NCBI GenBank assembly: GCA_973895155.1
Contig: OZ316898.1
Location: 19,107,292-19,171,291, forward strand
Reading direction: 5' to 3'
DNA: 64,000 nucleotides
DNA from: Marsupella aquatica
Lineage: Eukaryota; Plantae; Marchantiophyta
Below are positions 25,400 through 38,083 of the stretch, one piece after another (the first letter of the stretch is position 1; each line of letters begins with the position of its first letter). The notes under the pieces are model-generated. The model was not told the DNA's origin, did not search any database, and was given only the letters and a program-made list of their open reading frames with translations. The position numbers were made by a program, and so were the translations under genes.

Positions 25400-28300
25400 T
25401 TGATAACCCTTTCACTAAGTGTGGGACACAATACTCATCATTGTCCTCCCACTGGTTGGGGCATTAGCAATTTGAACACATGTCTTGCATTTACTTTAGG
25501 CATGATACACCTAGCTTTGGGGAAATCACTCCCAAGTCATACACCTTTGGAGTGATTTTCCATAAGTGTCACCATATATAGATGCACGCATACTACCGTA
25601 TCCAAAGGCAAATGAAACCTTTTTGTCTCTCCAAGAAGTAGGGCAATACCAATGGAAGGTTGTCATCCTTTGTTGTAATTGTGTCATGTTTGTGCCGGTG
25701 TTTGGATGGGGAATATCTTAATTTGCAAATAAATAGTGATGGGGCATTCAAGGAGCTAGTGTAATCTTTATTGGGTCATTTCTAAAAACATTTGCATCAC
25801 AAATACCAATGACTACAAGTAGGGTCATTAAATTTGTCATATGGACTGTCATATAAGTCAAGTGACTGGACTTGTGGTTATTTGTGTGGTCCCTCATGCA
25901 GTCATTAAACACAAGCACAAATGACCAGTTTGGGGCTGGGGGCTTGAGGTGGGCCCTAGAGTGCCATGGGGCCCCACATAGAGGTGAGAACCCCTCCACT
26001 AGGTGCGAGACACTATACTCATCATTGTCCAACCACTAGTTGCGACATAAACACTTTGGACACATGTTTTTGCGCTTACTTGAGGCATGATGCACCTTTG
26101 GGGAAATCACTCCCAAGTCGTATGACTTTGGAGTGATTTGCCAAAAGTGTCACCATGTATGCATACCATCACATCCAAAGGCAAATAAAAGTTGTTTTTT
26201 GGTTCTCCAAGAGGTAGTGCTGCACCAATGGAATGGGCCAGGGAGTCGTGCTTCTCAGTATGGTGTGGGTGCGGGATTAGGGTATAGGAATATTCCAATC
26301 TTGCAAGGAATCTAAAGCTGGCTCTAGTTGGAGGTACTAGGGCCTCTATTGGATCATATGTGAGCAATGGCCCGTCATAAATGCCAATGACTAAAAGTAG
26401 GGTCATTAAAACTGTCATATGGAGAGTCATATCAGTCTAATGACTGGATTTGTGGTCATTTGAGGGGTCCCTTATGCAGTCATTGAAAGGAAAAGCACAA
26501 ATGACCAGTTTGGGGCTAGGGGCTTGAGGTGGGCCCTAGAGTGCCATGGGGCCCCACATAGAGGTGAGAACCCCTCCACTAGGTGCGGGACACTATACTC
26601 ATCATTGTCCAACCACTAGTTGCGACATAAACACTTTGGACACGTGTTTTTGCGTTTACGTGAGGCATGATGCACCTTTGGGGAAATCACTCCCAAGTCG
26701 TACGACTTTGGAGTGATTTGCCAAAAGTTCAACCATGGATGTATACCATCACATCCAAAGGCAAATAAAACATATTTTTGGTTCTCCAAGAGGTAGTGCT
26801 GCACCAATGGAATGGGCAGGGGAGTCTTGCTTCTCTGCATGGAGTGGGTGCGGGATTAGGGTATAGGAATATTCCAACCTTGCAAGGAATCTAAAACTGG
26901 CTCTCTTTGGAGGTACTAGGGCCTTTATTGGGTCATATGTGAGCAATGGCCCATCATAAATGCCAATGACTAAAAGTAGGGTCATTAAAACTGTCATATG
27001 GAGAGTCATATCAATCAAATGACTGGATATGTGGTCATTTTAGGGGTCCCTCATGCAGTCATTAAGGAAAAGCACAAATGACCAGTTTGGGGCTAGGGGC
27101 TTGAGGTGGGCCCTAGAGTGCCATGGGGCCCCACATAGAGGTGAGAACCCCTCCACTGGGTGCGGGACACTATATTCATCATTGTCCAACCACTAGTTGC
27201 GACATAAACACTTTGGACACATGTTTTTGTGTTTACTTGAGGCATGATGCACCTTTGGGGAAATCACTCCCAAGTCGTACGACTTTGGAGTGATTTGCCA
27301 AAAGTGTCACCATGGATGCATACCATCACATCCAAAGGCAAATAAAAGTTTTTTTGGGGTTCTCCAAGAGGTAGTGCTGCACCAATGGAATGGGCAGGGG
27401 AGTCGTGCTTCTCTGTATGGTGTGGGTGCGGGTTTAGGGAAGAGGAATATTCCAACCTTGCAAGGAATCTAAAACTGGCTCTCTTTGGAGGTACTAGGGC
27501 CTTCATTGGGTCATATGTGACCAACGGACCGTCATAAATGCCAGTGACTACAAGTAGGGTCATTAAAACTGTCATATGGGCAGTCATATAAGTCTAATGA
27601 CTGCAGTTGTGGTCATTTGAGGGGTCCCTTGTGCAGTCATTAAGGAAAAGCACAAATGACCAGTTTGGGGCTAGGGGCTGGAGGTGGGCCCTAGAGTGCC
27701 ATGTGGCCCCACATAGAGGTGAGAACCCCTCCACTAGGTGCGGGATATTATATTTACTATTCTTCAACCATTAGTTGCACCATAATTAATGTTGAATCAT
27801 ATTTTTGCATTTACCTAAGGCATGATGAAACTTTGGGGAAATCACTCCCAAGTCATACGGCTTTGGAGTGATTTGCCAAAGTCTCACCATGTGAAATAAT
27901 AGTTGTTTTCTTGTTCTCCAAGAGGTAGGGCAAAACTAGGGGAAGGTTGCTGTCCTTCTATTTAACTGTGTCATATCTATGCCAGTGTTTGGGTGGGGAA
28001 TATTCTATTCCATTGCAAAGGAAATGCGAGGGGGCACTCCAACTAGGGTCTTTATTGGGTCATATGTGAGCAATGGCCAGTCATAAATGCCAATGACTAC
28101 AAGTATGGTCATTAAATTTGTCATATGGACTGTCATATAAGTCAAGTGACTGGACTTGTGGTCATTTGTGTGGTCCCTCATGCAGTCATTAAACACAAGC
28201 ACTAATGACCAGTTTGGGGCTAGGGGCTGGAGGTGGGCCCTAGAGTGCCATGGGGCCCCACATAGAGGTGAGAACCCCTCCACTGGGTGCGGGACACTAT

Positions 28301-29880
28301 ACTCATCATTGTCCAACCACTAGTTGCAACATAAGCACTTTGGACACATGTTTTTGCGTTTACTTAAGGCATGATGCACCTTTGGGGAAATCACTCCCAA
28401 GTCATATGACTTTGGAGTGATTTGCCAAAAGTGTGTCCATGCATGCACACCATCACATCCAAAGGCAAATAAAACTTGTTTTTTGGTTCTCCAAGAGGTG
28501 GTGCTGCACCAATGGAATGGGCAGGGGAATCGTGCTTCTCAGTATGGTGTGGGTGCGGGTTTAGGGAAGAGGAATATTCCAACCTTGCAAGGAATCTATT
28601 GCAGGCTCTCTTTGGAGGTACTAGGGCCTTTATTGGGTCATATGTGACCAATGACTTGTCATAAATGCCAATGACCAAAAGTCAAGTCATTAAAACTGTC
28701 ATATGGGAAGTCATATAAGTCAAGTGACTAGACTTGTGGTCATTTGTGTGGCCCTTCATGCAGTCATTAAACAGAAGCACAAATGACAAGTTTGGGGCTA
28801 GGGGCTGAAGGTGGGCCCTAGAGTGCCATGTGGCCCCACATAGAGCTTGCAACCCCTCCACTATGTGCAAAATACTATATTTACTATTCTCCAACCACTA
28901 GTTGCACCATTAGCACCGTACCTCATGTGAGTTTTTGCGTTTACTTAAGGGATGATGCAACATTGGGGAAATCACTCCCAAGTCATACAACTTTGGAGTG
29001 ATTTGCCAAAAGCACCAACATGGATCATGAATATCTTATGTTCCTAAGGCAAATGGAGCCATTTGTTTTGTTCCTCAACGAGATAGTGCAACACCAATGG
29101 GATGGGCGTGGTAGTGGTGCTTCCCTCTATGGTGGACATGTGTGTTGGTTAAAGGAATAGGAATATTCCTATTTTACAAGAAATCTAAAGCGGCCTCTTT
29201 CTTGACGTACTAGGACCTTCATTGGGTCATTTTTTAACAAAGTCGTGTCATAATTGCCAATGACTACAAGCAGGGTCATTGAATTGGTCATATGGGATGT
29301 CATATAAGGCAAATGACTGGACTTTGAGTCATTTGAGATGTCCCTAGTGCAGTCATTGGAGACAAGCATGAATGACCAATTTGAGGCTAAGGGTTGGAGG
29401 CGGGCCCTAGAGTGCCATGTGGCCCCACATAGAGCTTGCAACCCCTCCACTAGGTGCAAAATACTATATTTACCATTCTCCAACCACTAGTTGCACCATT
29501 AGCACTTTGGAGCTGTGTTTTTGCGTTTACTTTAGGCGGTATGTAACTTTGGGGAAATCACTCCCAAGTCATACAACTTTGGAGTGATTTGCCAAAAGTG
29601 TCACGTACCCTGCATGCATACCGTCCTATCCAAACGGCAAACAAAAATTGTTTTTGTCTCTCCAAGAGATATATAATGCAATACTAGTGGAAGACTATGT
29701 CCTTCTATATAACTATGTCATGTATGTGCCGATATTTGGATTTGGATATATTCTATTAAATTCCAAATGAATTGTAAGGGGGCATTCCGAGAGGTAATCT
29801 ACTCTTCATTGGGTCATTTTCACATAATGGTGTGTCATTAATGCCAATGACTACATATAGTGTCATTTTTATAGTCATAT
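25400..29880. repeat. Tandem array of ~580-bp units (about 8) inside CACTA-1
   Basis: The core GGGGAAATCACTCCCAAGTC..GACTTTGGAGTGATTTGCCAAA recurs near 25520, 26100, 26680, 27257, 27835, 28384, 28965 and 29551. Confidence 0.92.
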
Positions 29881-30540
29881 TTGTGGTCATTAGACAGGTC
29901 CCTCATGGTGTGTCATTAATGAAAACACCTCAAATTAGGGTCATTTTGGTTGTCATACTACAAGTAAGAAGTTCCAAATGATTGGAAATGTGGTCCTTAC
30001 AAAGGCTATTGGGGGAGGTTCTCTTTGGAGGTACAAGGGAGTTCATTGGGTCATTTGTGAATTAAATAGCGCTTCAATATGAATGACTAAAAGTGGGGTC
30101 ACTCACGCTGTCATCTTGGAAGCCATTAATGTTGGCATATTGGAGGTCATATAGTCTGGTGAGACTAATAAGGTAGTCCAAAATTGTGTTCATGCATATG
30201 GTCCTTTTTGCAGACATAACCTATCACCCAAAAAACATGGCCGGTACATAGTTAATTACACTAATGTAATCCACAACACCCTCACCTCCCATTAAGGAGG
30301 TTTAAATGAGGGGCGGGTTATGGGCACCTACACAAACAGCCATGACCTTATGGGGGTGTCGCGACATTATGAGCTATTTACCTTCAGTGCCTTCCCTAGG
30401 GCCTTATGGGGGCGTCCCGACCTTGTTATTAACCTATTTAGTTGGTATTATCTATGGGCCTTATGGGGGGTTTTGTTACATTGTTATTAACTAGTCTCAA
30501 AAAATACCCCTAATTAATGACCCACAATATCCACCATCCC

Positions 30541-33468
30541 TGTGGTGCGTCCCATGGCTCCCTAAACCCAAGAAACCCCCCAGCTCAAGCCGATTCCCGC
30601 AGGTTTCGCGCTTGGCGAGGCCGTTTCCGCGGCTTAGCGGCATGGGACGCTGCTAACCTTCTACTACTACTGTTAACATTTTACACACATATACTGGACA
30701 GATCCTTCATTGGGTCATGAGATACGTAGCCGGCCTAATCTAGGCCTTCCCCTGTCTTCCCCTCCGTGACACTTAAATACTGCGGCTTGTTTCTTCAGCC
30801 GCTCCGTTTGGTTGTCGGCCCGCCGCTGGAGGTTCTCCATCTTCCTCGTGATTTCCTCCAACTCCTCCTGGGTCTCATCCAGGTCCTTGCGTGCCTCCTC
30901 TAGTTCCTTCTGGGCTTCCTCCCGTTCTTGTTTCAAGGTAGTCCTCTCCTCCCGGGTTGCTCTTAGCTCTTTGTCGAGCTCTGCAATGATGACAGACTCC
31001 ATCTGGTTCATCTTGGCATAAGTCTGATCGAGCATCTCATCCTTCTCCCTTAGGTCGGCCTTGAAGCTGGCCGTCAGGGATGCAAGCTCCTGCTGCAGCG
31101 CCATAATCCCTTGATAGGATTTCCCTAACTCGGCCTCCTTCTGCTCAAGGGCTCCGCAGATTTTCTCGAGCTCCCCCTTCAACGCCCATTCCTTTCTTTG
31201 GGTCTCCGCCATGGCCCGGCTGTTGGCTGTTATGTGGGCCTCCTTTGTATTCTTCAGCTCTTGCTTCCACTTCTCCCTCTCTTTGATCGTGTTGGCCAAC
31301 TCTCCCTGCGTCTGAGTCAGTTTATCCTTGATATTCTGATTATCAGCCTGCGCGGTGTCCAACTGCCCCTGCATGATGTTCAGCTCATGCCGTTTAATCC
31401 GCAGTTCATCTTGGGCTTTCTTGGCCGCCCTTAGATCTTCAATCTCGGCTTCCATCCTCCTAAGCCGCCGAATGACCTCGTCCTTCTTGCTTCTCTCTAA
31501 AGCCACCGCTTCTTCTAATTGGTGCTTCTCCAACTGCTCCCTATGGAAAAAGGGTCCTACCTCCAACTCCTCTCCAAAGATGTCGAGCGCAAGTTCCTCA
31601 CCATACTCCATGGCTCTATTCTTAGCGTAGGTGGAGTAAGTAGAAGTGACCGGCATCGCCCATTGCGGCCTCTGCTCCCAAGCCGACTTGCAGATCTCTT
31701 CAATCGTGGCTAGAGGTTTGCTTCCTTTTTTGGCTAGCTGCCTGATGTCCTCCGGCCAATCTCCTCCTGGTAAATCCTTTTCCCTAGCCAGGGCTGCCTC
31801 CTCTTCCTGCCTGATTCGCTCCTGAAATTCTTGCACCGTCTGTTTTATGCCGTCAAAGCTCGGGGGAGCAACATCTGGTGGGGGAGACTCAGGGCTACTC
31901 TGCTGGTTGGGGTCCCCTCGCACTACCCTTGGAAGTGTGGGGACAAACCGGCCACAGGTCCTTACTCCTAGAACATGATGGTCCGACCCATACCCGGAAT
32001 TATCATGGCTGCAGTCCTCCACTGCCTCCTCTACTTCTTGGACGTCCGGCTTCTCCCTCTCCTCTTCGTCGGTAGGAGCTTCAAGCAATTCTGCCTCAGA
32101 TTCGGAGCTTGAGATTCCCACATACATTCGAACACCTGGCTTGGATTCCGGCCTGATTCTCTCCTTGTCTCCAGCAAAGGGGTTTTCTCTTGTGAGCCGG
32201 TGTAGGCCTACCTCTGTAGTAGTGTCCTGCATTGTTGCCGTTGCCGTTGTTGTTGCCGATGCCGATTTCTTTTCTTTCTCCAGTAGTTTCAGCAGACTCT
32301 GCATGCCTGGTTGCTGCATCGGCAAGTCCTCCTTCCTGGGCCTAAACACCTGCTTGATTGTAGGGCTAACAGGTGGTTGAGGCTTCTCAGCCAACGGCCT
32401 TGGCGTTGGAGCTTCCTCGGGTGCCCTTACCTGCAGGGGAAGTACCGGGGCAAAAGTCTGACCTCTGGCATACCGGCACAACAGCGGCATGTGATAGCCA
32501 AGCCGCGACATGCTCCCCATGCCGATTACCTATTGCTCCTCCTTTAAGATCTTCTTCAATTGGTTGAGGAGGTACCCGTTGTAGTCCCGGCTTGGGTCTG
32601 GCCTTTCTGCCAGATAGACCTGTGCCTTGCCGATCTCTGCCCTCGGCAAGTTACAATGCATGGTCACCCGCAAGAAGTCGATCATCTCTCCTATGTGCGG
32701 GTTGGTGCAGGTGTTCCGGAAGAAGCCATTCTTCGTTGATGGCCCGGGGAACGACCGGAACTCCTTGTCAGGCAAGGTCTTCCTGGTATCAACTTTGGTC
32801 TTATTGCCTATCGGCAAGCCAAACACTTCGGCAATTACCTTGGGAGTAAGATAGAAATCCTTCCCATATATCCTCGTGCAATTGGTCTCGGGTTCCCATG
32901 ACCCCACGAATTCTAATAGGTCTGACTCCGGTACCTCCGGCTTCAGCCATGGTAATCTTACAAAGGCCTCTAAGCCGGATCCGGCCATGAAGCCTGGGTA
33001 CTTCTTGGTCTGCATGGCCGTGAAGCATGCATCCTCCTCCCGTGCAAAATGTAGTTGCACCTCCACCGGTAGGGTTGCCGCCCAGCCCTTCCAGGTGTCA
33101 TCCCTGGTTGGAATGGCCTTGATGGGATCGACCTCCTCCTCTTCGGCTTCTCCCTGCCTCCTACTCTGCTGCTCGGCTGGCTTCTTTGGTGCCGCCGACC
33201 TCGTTCTTTTTGCCGGGGTGGCTTCATCGTTGATGGCTCCCTTCCTCTTCATCTCTGCTGCCGTGGAGGTTTCTCCTAGCACCGTTGCCTGGGTCCACCT
33301 TTCCGTGCTACCCTTTAATTCCCAGTGTATGTCGTTGCAGTTCTTGATGGCCTCTCGGATGCCAATGACGCTGTCCTTGCAAAACAAAAGATCGTCGAGT
33401 TGATTGGAAGTAGGCGTCCACATGAACTCGTCCTTGATGAGTTCGCCTCCTAAGAAAGCCGTCTTCTG
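30541..33468 (-). repeat. 3' LTR with two deletions
   Basis: Nearly identical to 38084-38310 joined to 39525-42223. It lacks the first ~514 bp of the LTR and a ~1.2-kb internal segment. Confidence 0.9.
30715..33423 (-). pseudogene. 3'-LTR copy of the LTR-encoded accessory ORF (truncated at both ends, one CAG>TAG stop at 32530-32532)
   Basis: ORFs 33423-32530 and 32520-30715 are colinear and near-identical to 42361-38996. Confidence 0.85.
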
Positions 33469-36004
33469 GTGGAGTAGTTCCGTTCGGCATCGGCAAGCTG
33501 ACGGCTTGCGAAGTATATGGGATGGTCCCTTCCTTTCTCATCCAACTGACTTAGTACTGAGCCGATACAGAAGCCCGAGACATCTACAAAAACATGAAAA
33601 TCTTTGTTCCAGTCCAATGCTATCATGACTGGGGCCTCTACTAACATCTGCTTCAATTCTACCACCGCTGTGACTCGTTCGGGTGTGGGTTCAAAGTCTG
33701 CTCCTGCCTTGAGCATGTTGGTTAATGGTAAAGCTAGCTTGGCAAAATCCTTGATGAACCGGCGATAGTAACCAATGCATCCCAAGAAGGATCTTACATC
33801 CTTTATGTTCTTAGGTTGCATGATATCTAGCCATACTGCTAGCTTACCTTTGTCAATCTCAATGCCCTTCCTTGATACCTTGTGACCTAGTAGCACCCCC
33901 TCGGTTACTGCAAAGAAACATTTATCTGGGTGTAACTTGAGACCCACCTCTCTACATCTCATGAAGGTTTTCCTGAGGTATTTAGCATGTTTCGATGCCT
34001 TCCCGAATACTGCAAAGTCATCAATGAAGATTTCCATGAACTTTCTCAAGTAATCATGAAAAATGTTCACCATTAATCGTTGAAACATAGCTGGTGCGTT
34101 GCAGAGTCCAAACGGCATACGATTGAAGACATAGATCCCCCATTCCGTGATGAAGGCCGTCTTGATTTGATCTTCCTGCCGAATCCTGATTTGGTTATAA
34201 CCAGAGTATCCATCCATGAATGAATATAGTTCATGACTGGCTACCATGTCTAGTACCATATCAGTAAACGGTAAAGGAAAATGGTCTTTTAATGTTGCTT
34301 CATTCAGCTTCCTGTAATCCTGACAAACCCGGATCTTGGGTTTACCATCGGGTCCAGCTTTCTTGGGAACTATCACAATTGGAGACACCCAGTCTGAATG
34401 CAGGACTGGAGTGATGAATCCAGCTTCCACTAGTTTGTCGATTTCTGTTTTGACCAGCAGGGAATACTTCGGGTTCATCCTTTGAATTGGTTGTCGAAAT
34501 GATTTGGCTCCTAACATGAGATTAATTCGATGTTCCCCTAGTGTTGGATCTACTCCCTTTAGATCTTGGTGACTCCATGCAAACACATCCTGAAATTCAA
34601 TCAATAAGTCACTGATCTCTTTCTCGAGCTCAGGTGCTAGGTTTCTCCCTAAGTTCAGTTCTCTTCCCTCTCCTAAGTCGAGCTTCCGATATTGCCGTGC
34701 TTGGATCATATTAATCTGCTTCTTCAAATTCGGGTCCAGTTCGGCTTCCAGTCTCTCCAATCTCATACCTCCATAAACTGGAATCTCGGCTGGACTAGCC
34801 GAGTCGGTCCCTTCCTTGGTGTCCATAGATTGTCCCCTTGCCGGTCTATTCGGTTTTGAATTGGTGGTCGGCTCCCCTTCCTGCCTTGGCTCTGGATTGT
34901 GTCTGTCCATCTCATCCACCTCTTGCTCCTGAGAGTCAGGCCGCTGTGCTCTCTCGGCTTCTAATAGGGCCTCAATTTGTTCTGCCCTCGTAATCGGCTT
35001 GTATGCCGATCCCTTGGTATTTAATTCCTTGCCGATGATCGATGGCGTTGTGAACCCTGCCGGCTCTGCCACAACGCCTGCAGAAAATCCACTATCCCTG
35101 CTATTGCTCCCCACTTAGCCGTTTCATCCAATTGGTCTACATCCTTTACTTCCTCCGGAATTGCAGCTAAAAAGGTGGATTCTATTGTAAAGCAGTCCTC
35201 AACCTCTTCGTCTTCTTCTTCCAAGTCACCTTCCATTGGTTCTTGCCATAATCCGCTGGGGGGTACCTCTGGTCCAAAGACACTTTCTTCGGTTAGGTCA
35301 GTGAGGCATTCTAACCAACGTACTTCATCGGCTGACTCCAGTCCACTGTCGTACCCATCTACTTCCCTTATGCTTTTCCTACGGTCATCCTTAGTGTCCC
35401 AGGATACCGTGATAGAGGGGGTCCCGAAAGTGAACTGCTTTTTACCCCAATCTTCTATTACCTCGGCTAGGTACAGCCATGGCCTACCAATCAATAGCCG
35501 GAATGACGTAGGATTTACCGGCTTCATTACTACATAGTTAATGCTAAAGAAGATACCTCCTATCTCTGTCTTGATGCCGGTTAACACTCCCGTGGGAATG
35601 ACCTGATATCCATTGGCCATGTTCAACACTCTTCCAGTCATCTCCGGTGTTAGACCCCACCCTTTTGCTGTTGAATCAATCATAATACATACCCCTGATC
35701 CTCCATCGATGGGTACCCGTAGTAATAATTCTCCTTGAATCATTAATGGTAATGCTGGGGCTCCTTGATCTTCTTCTATCATTAGTACGTCGGATCTGGT
35801 TGCTACCTTGGGTAATCTCGGCTTGCCGAGAATAGCCTTCCTTAATTGCTTCCGGAAGTACGGGCTATTTTTCAATAGTTGACCTACTGTTGCCGAGACT
35901 CTAGATTCTAGTACATCTTTAGCCAGGTCATAGGGAACAATCGGCTTCTCCTCTGGTGGTGTCTCCGTCTTGGATTCGGCCAGTTTTGCCACGCTAGTCT
36001 CCAT
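33450..36004 (-). pseudogene. pol: pol: aspartic protease, reverse transcriptase and N-terminal RNase H region; frameshift near 35.1 kb; truncated
   Basis: Protease motif VPIDGGSGV and LLIGRPWL. RT motifs CQDYRKLNEATLKDHFPLPF, MPFGLCNAPAMFQR and EIFIDD. RNase H start FHVFVDVSGFCIGSVLSQ...IYFASRQL...ERNYST, then an abrupt junction to LTR sequence. Confidence 0.93.
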
Positions 36005-38014
36005 AGCTGTTGGGTCTTACGAAGCAAACAATGCTTTTGCTCGTTTTACATCCTTGGCAATGGCTTCGGTATTCTCCAGGGTTTCTAATTCTCTTAGTTG
36101 TTCCTTAACACTAGCCGTAACAGAGGGGTAGAACAACTTAGGATGATCTCGATTGAAGTCGCTATCTTGTGAAGGATTGGTTTCACTGGTGGGCTCATGG
36201 CTTACCTGTATTGCCGGAGCCCTCCCTTCTCCTTCTGTTGATGTTGACGAAGAGTCGATCTTTTCCTCCGTAACCTTCCCTTTATTTTTGGCCAGCCCAT
36301 CCCACCTTTCCTTCCTTCTGGTAGATCGAGTAGAGACCCGGTAGCAATCATGATCTAAATCCTCCTCTGAGAAGGTTGATAGGGCTTCGGCCTCATCATC
36401 AGATGGTACGAACTCTGCCTCGGCATCCTCTTGCCATCCTAGTTCGATGTGGTTGATTTAAACTCCTCCGGGGGTAGTGCCTGGCGGTAGGATCTTGACC
36501 GGCAAAAGTTTATGATTTGCGGCCAGGCCTGCCAACCAAGTAGGACATTGCCCTAGCATATGACCTTCCTGTCGGCATCCCATACATAGCTGAGCTGGTT
36601 GTCCATCACCCTGTTTGCGTGCATTCGGTCATTCTCTAGCAAAATGGCCAGGTTGACCACAATTATAGCACGCCGCAAATCTTTGCACATTCGGCCTAGG
36701 AGGTACTGACGGGTTCTGAATAATCCGAGGATACATCTCTCCTGGATTGTTCCTTAACCCTGACCATAGAGATGCAGGTCTGTTGGATAGGTCTCGTGCT
36801 CCAGTCTCACTGATGCCGAAAACACTATCAGCGGCATCTCCTAAAAAGTACTCTACTTCTCCCTGACATGGTCTGATCTCGGCCACATGCCGAACATGAT
36901 TAGTATTAAGCTTAGGACACGCATCTTTATGGTGTCCGGTTTTATAACATAAGGCACACCATACAGAGCTATCCTCCTGTACTACCTTCTTCTTCGGTTT
37001 TACCTCTGCAATGATAGCCTTAAGTTGCTCGGTAAGGGCTATGATGTTATCTAGTGGCTTAGCCTCCAGCTTGACTTTCGTCTTCCCTCTCCTTCTGCCC
37101 TTCCTTTTGGTAGTTTTTTCTTCTTCAGAACTAGAAGATGACTCACTCTTGCTACTCCCACTATCCGAGCTTGACTTATCACTTCTAGACTTCTTAGAAT
37201 GTTTCTTCTTCTTATCTTTTTTCTTATGGGGTGATCCCTCTTCTGATGAGGAACTCTCAGACTTAAGCTGTTTCTTCCGGCTTGTGATATCTGCATTAAT
37301 GTATAATTGAATATCCTTAATTGCTTCGGCTAAAGTCTCCGGGTTCTCCTTCCTAATTGCAAAACTCATCTTCTGTGGCAAAGCATTCACCAACCATTGA
37401 AGTTGCATACCTTCAGATGCATTGGTCTTTGTACGTCTTACCAGTTTCTGAAAGCGTTGCAAGAACTTCCTGAAGGATTTGTTCTCCTTGAACCGAAGTC
37501 GTCCCAACTTCAGCACTCCTAGTTCTGAAGTTCCAATTGGTCGAAACTCCTTAACAAAGAGTGTTTTGAAGATATCCCAGATGGCTTGATCTTCCACATC
37601 TAATGCTCTGTACCAAGGCCTAGCCTCACCCTTGAACAGGCCGGGAAGAATCTGCATCTTGATGGCCGATTCTCCATTTGCTGCAGCGGTTCCCTCGAAA
37701 TCATCCAACCATTCGTCCGGATCCTCATCTCCTCTCCCATGAAATGCCTTGTAATGTATGCGCGACCGCTGGCTCAATCTGGTCCCTGGCCTCTCGTCTG
37801 GCCGTGCCTCTGGTTCCCCCATGTCGGTTGGAGACTCACTTCTCCTTACCGACTCTTCTTCTGGTATGTCTTCTTCGACGCCACTTCCAGTTTTGGAGCT
37901 ACCAGCTCTTTCTGCCCCTCTCAGTCGCTGTGTATCATGCCACCCGGCGAGCTGCTGCAGTCGAGCTCTCTCCCGTTGAATCACTCTTTCTTCCCTCGGC
38001 GTAAGGTCAGTCAT
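36005..38014 (-). pseudogene. gag: gag with three CCHC zinc knuckles, premature stops, in frame with the protease
   Basis: Capsid-like FHGRGDEDPDEWLDDFE and GEARPWY. Knuckles CALCYKTGHHKDAC, CYNCGQPGHFARE* and, after the stop at 36629, CMGCRQEGHMLGQC. 38014 and 36004 are in the same frame. Confidence 0.88.
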
Positions 38015-38061
38015 TACCTACGCTTCCGTTCTAACTTCATATCTCATGGCTTAAGAAATGC

Positions 38062-38079
38062 CCCCTCCATCTAGCGCCA
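38062..38079 (-). promoter_or_regulatory. Primer-binding site, probably tRNA-Asn(GTT)
   Basis: TGGCGCTAGATGGAGGGG lies 4 nt after the LTR end. It is complementary (1 mismatch) to the plant tRNA-Asn 3' end CCCCTCCTTCTAGCGCCA as I recall it. Confidence 0.8.
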
Positions 38080-38083
38080 AAAA

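Noticed and set aside
25748-29483. Recurrent 60-135-aa ORFs in the arrays (MDNDEYS..., MTLHMTV..., and MAQGVQ... in CACTA-2)
   Set aside because: By-products of the tandem repeat. Starts, stops and frames vary among units and no domain is recognisable.
25400-29880. CRISPR-like reading of the regularly spaced palindromes (also 49430-52175)
   Set aside because: The intervening sequences are 350-530 bp and homologous to each other rather than unique spacers. There are no cas genes and the context is eukaryotic.
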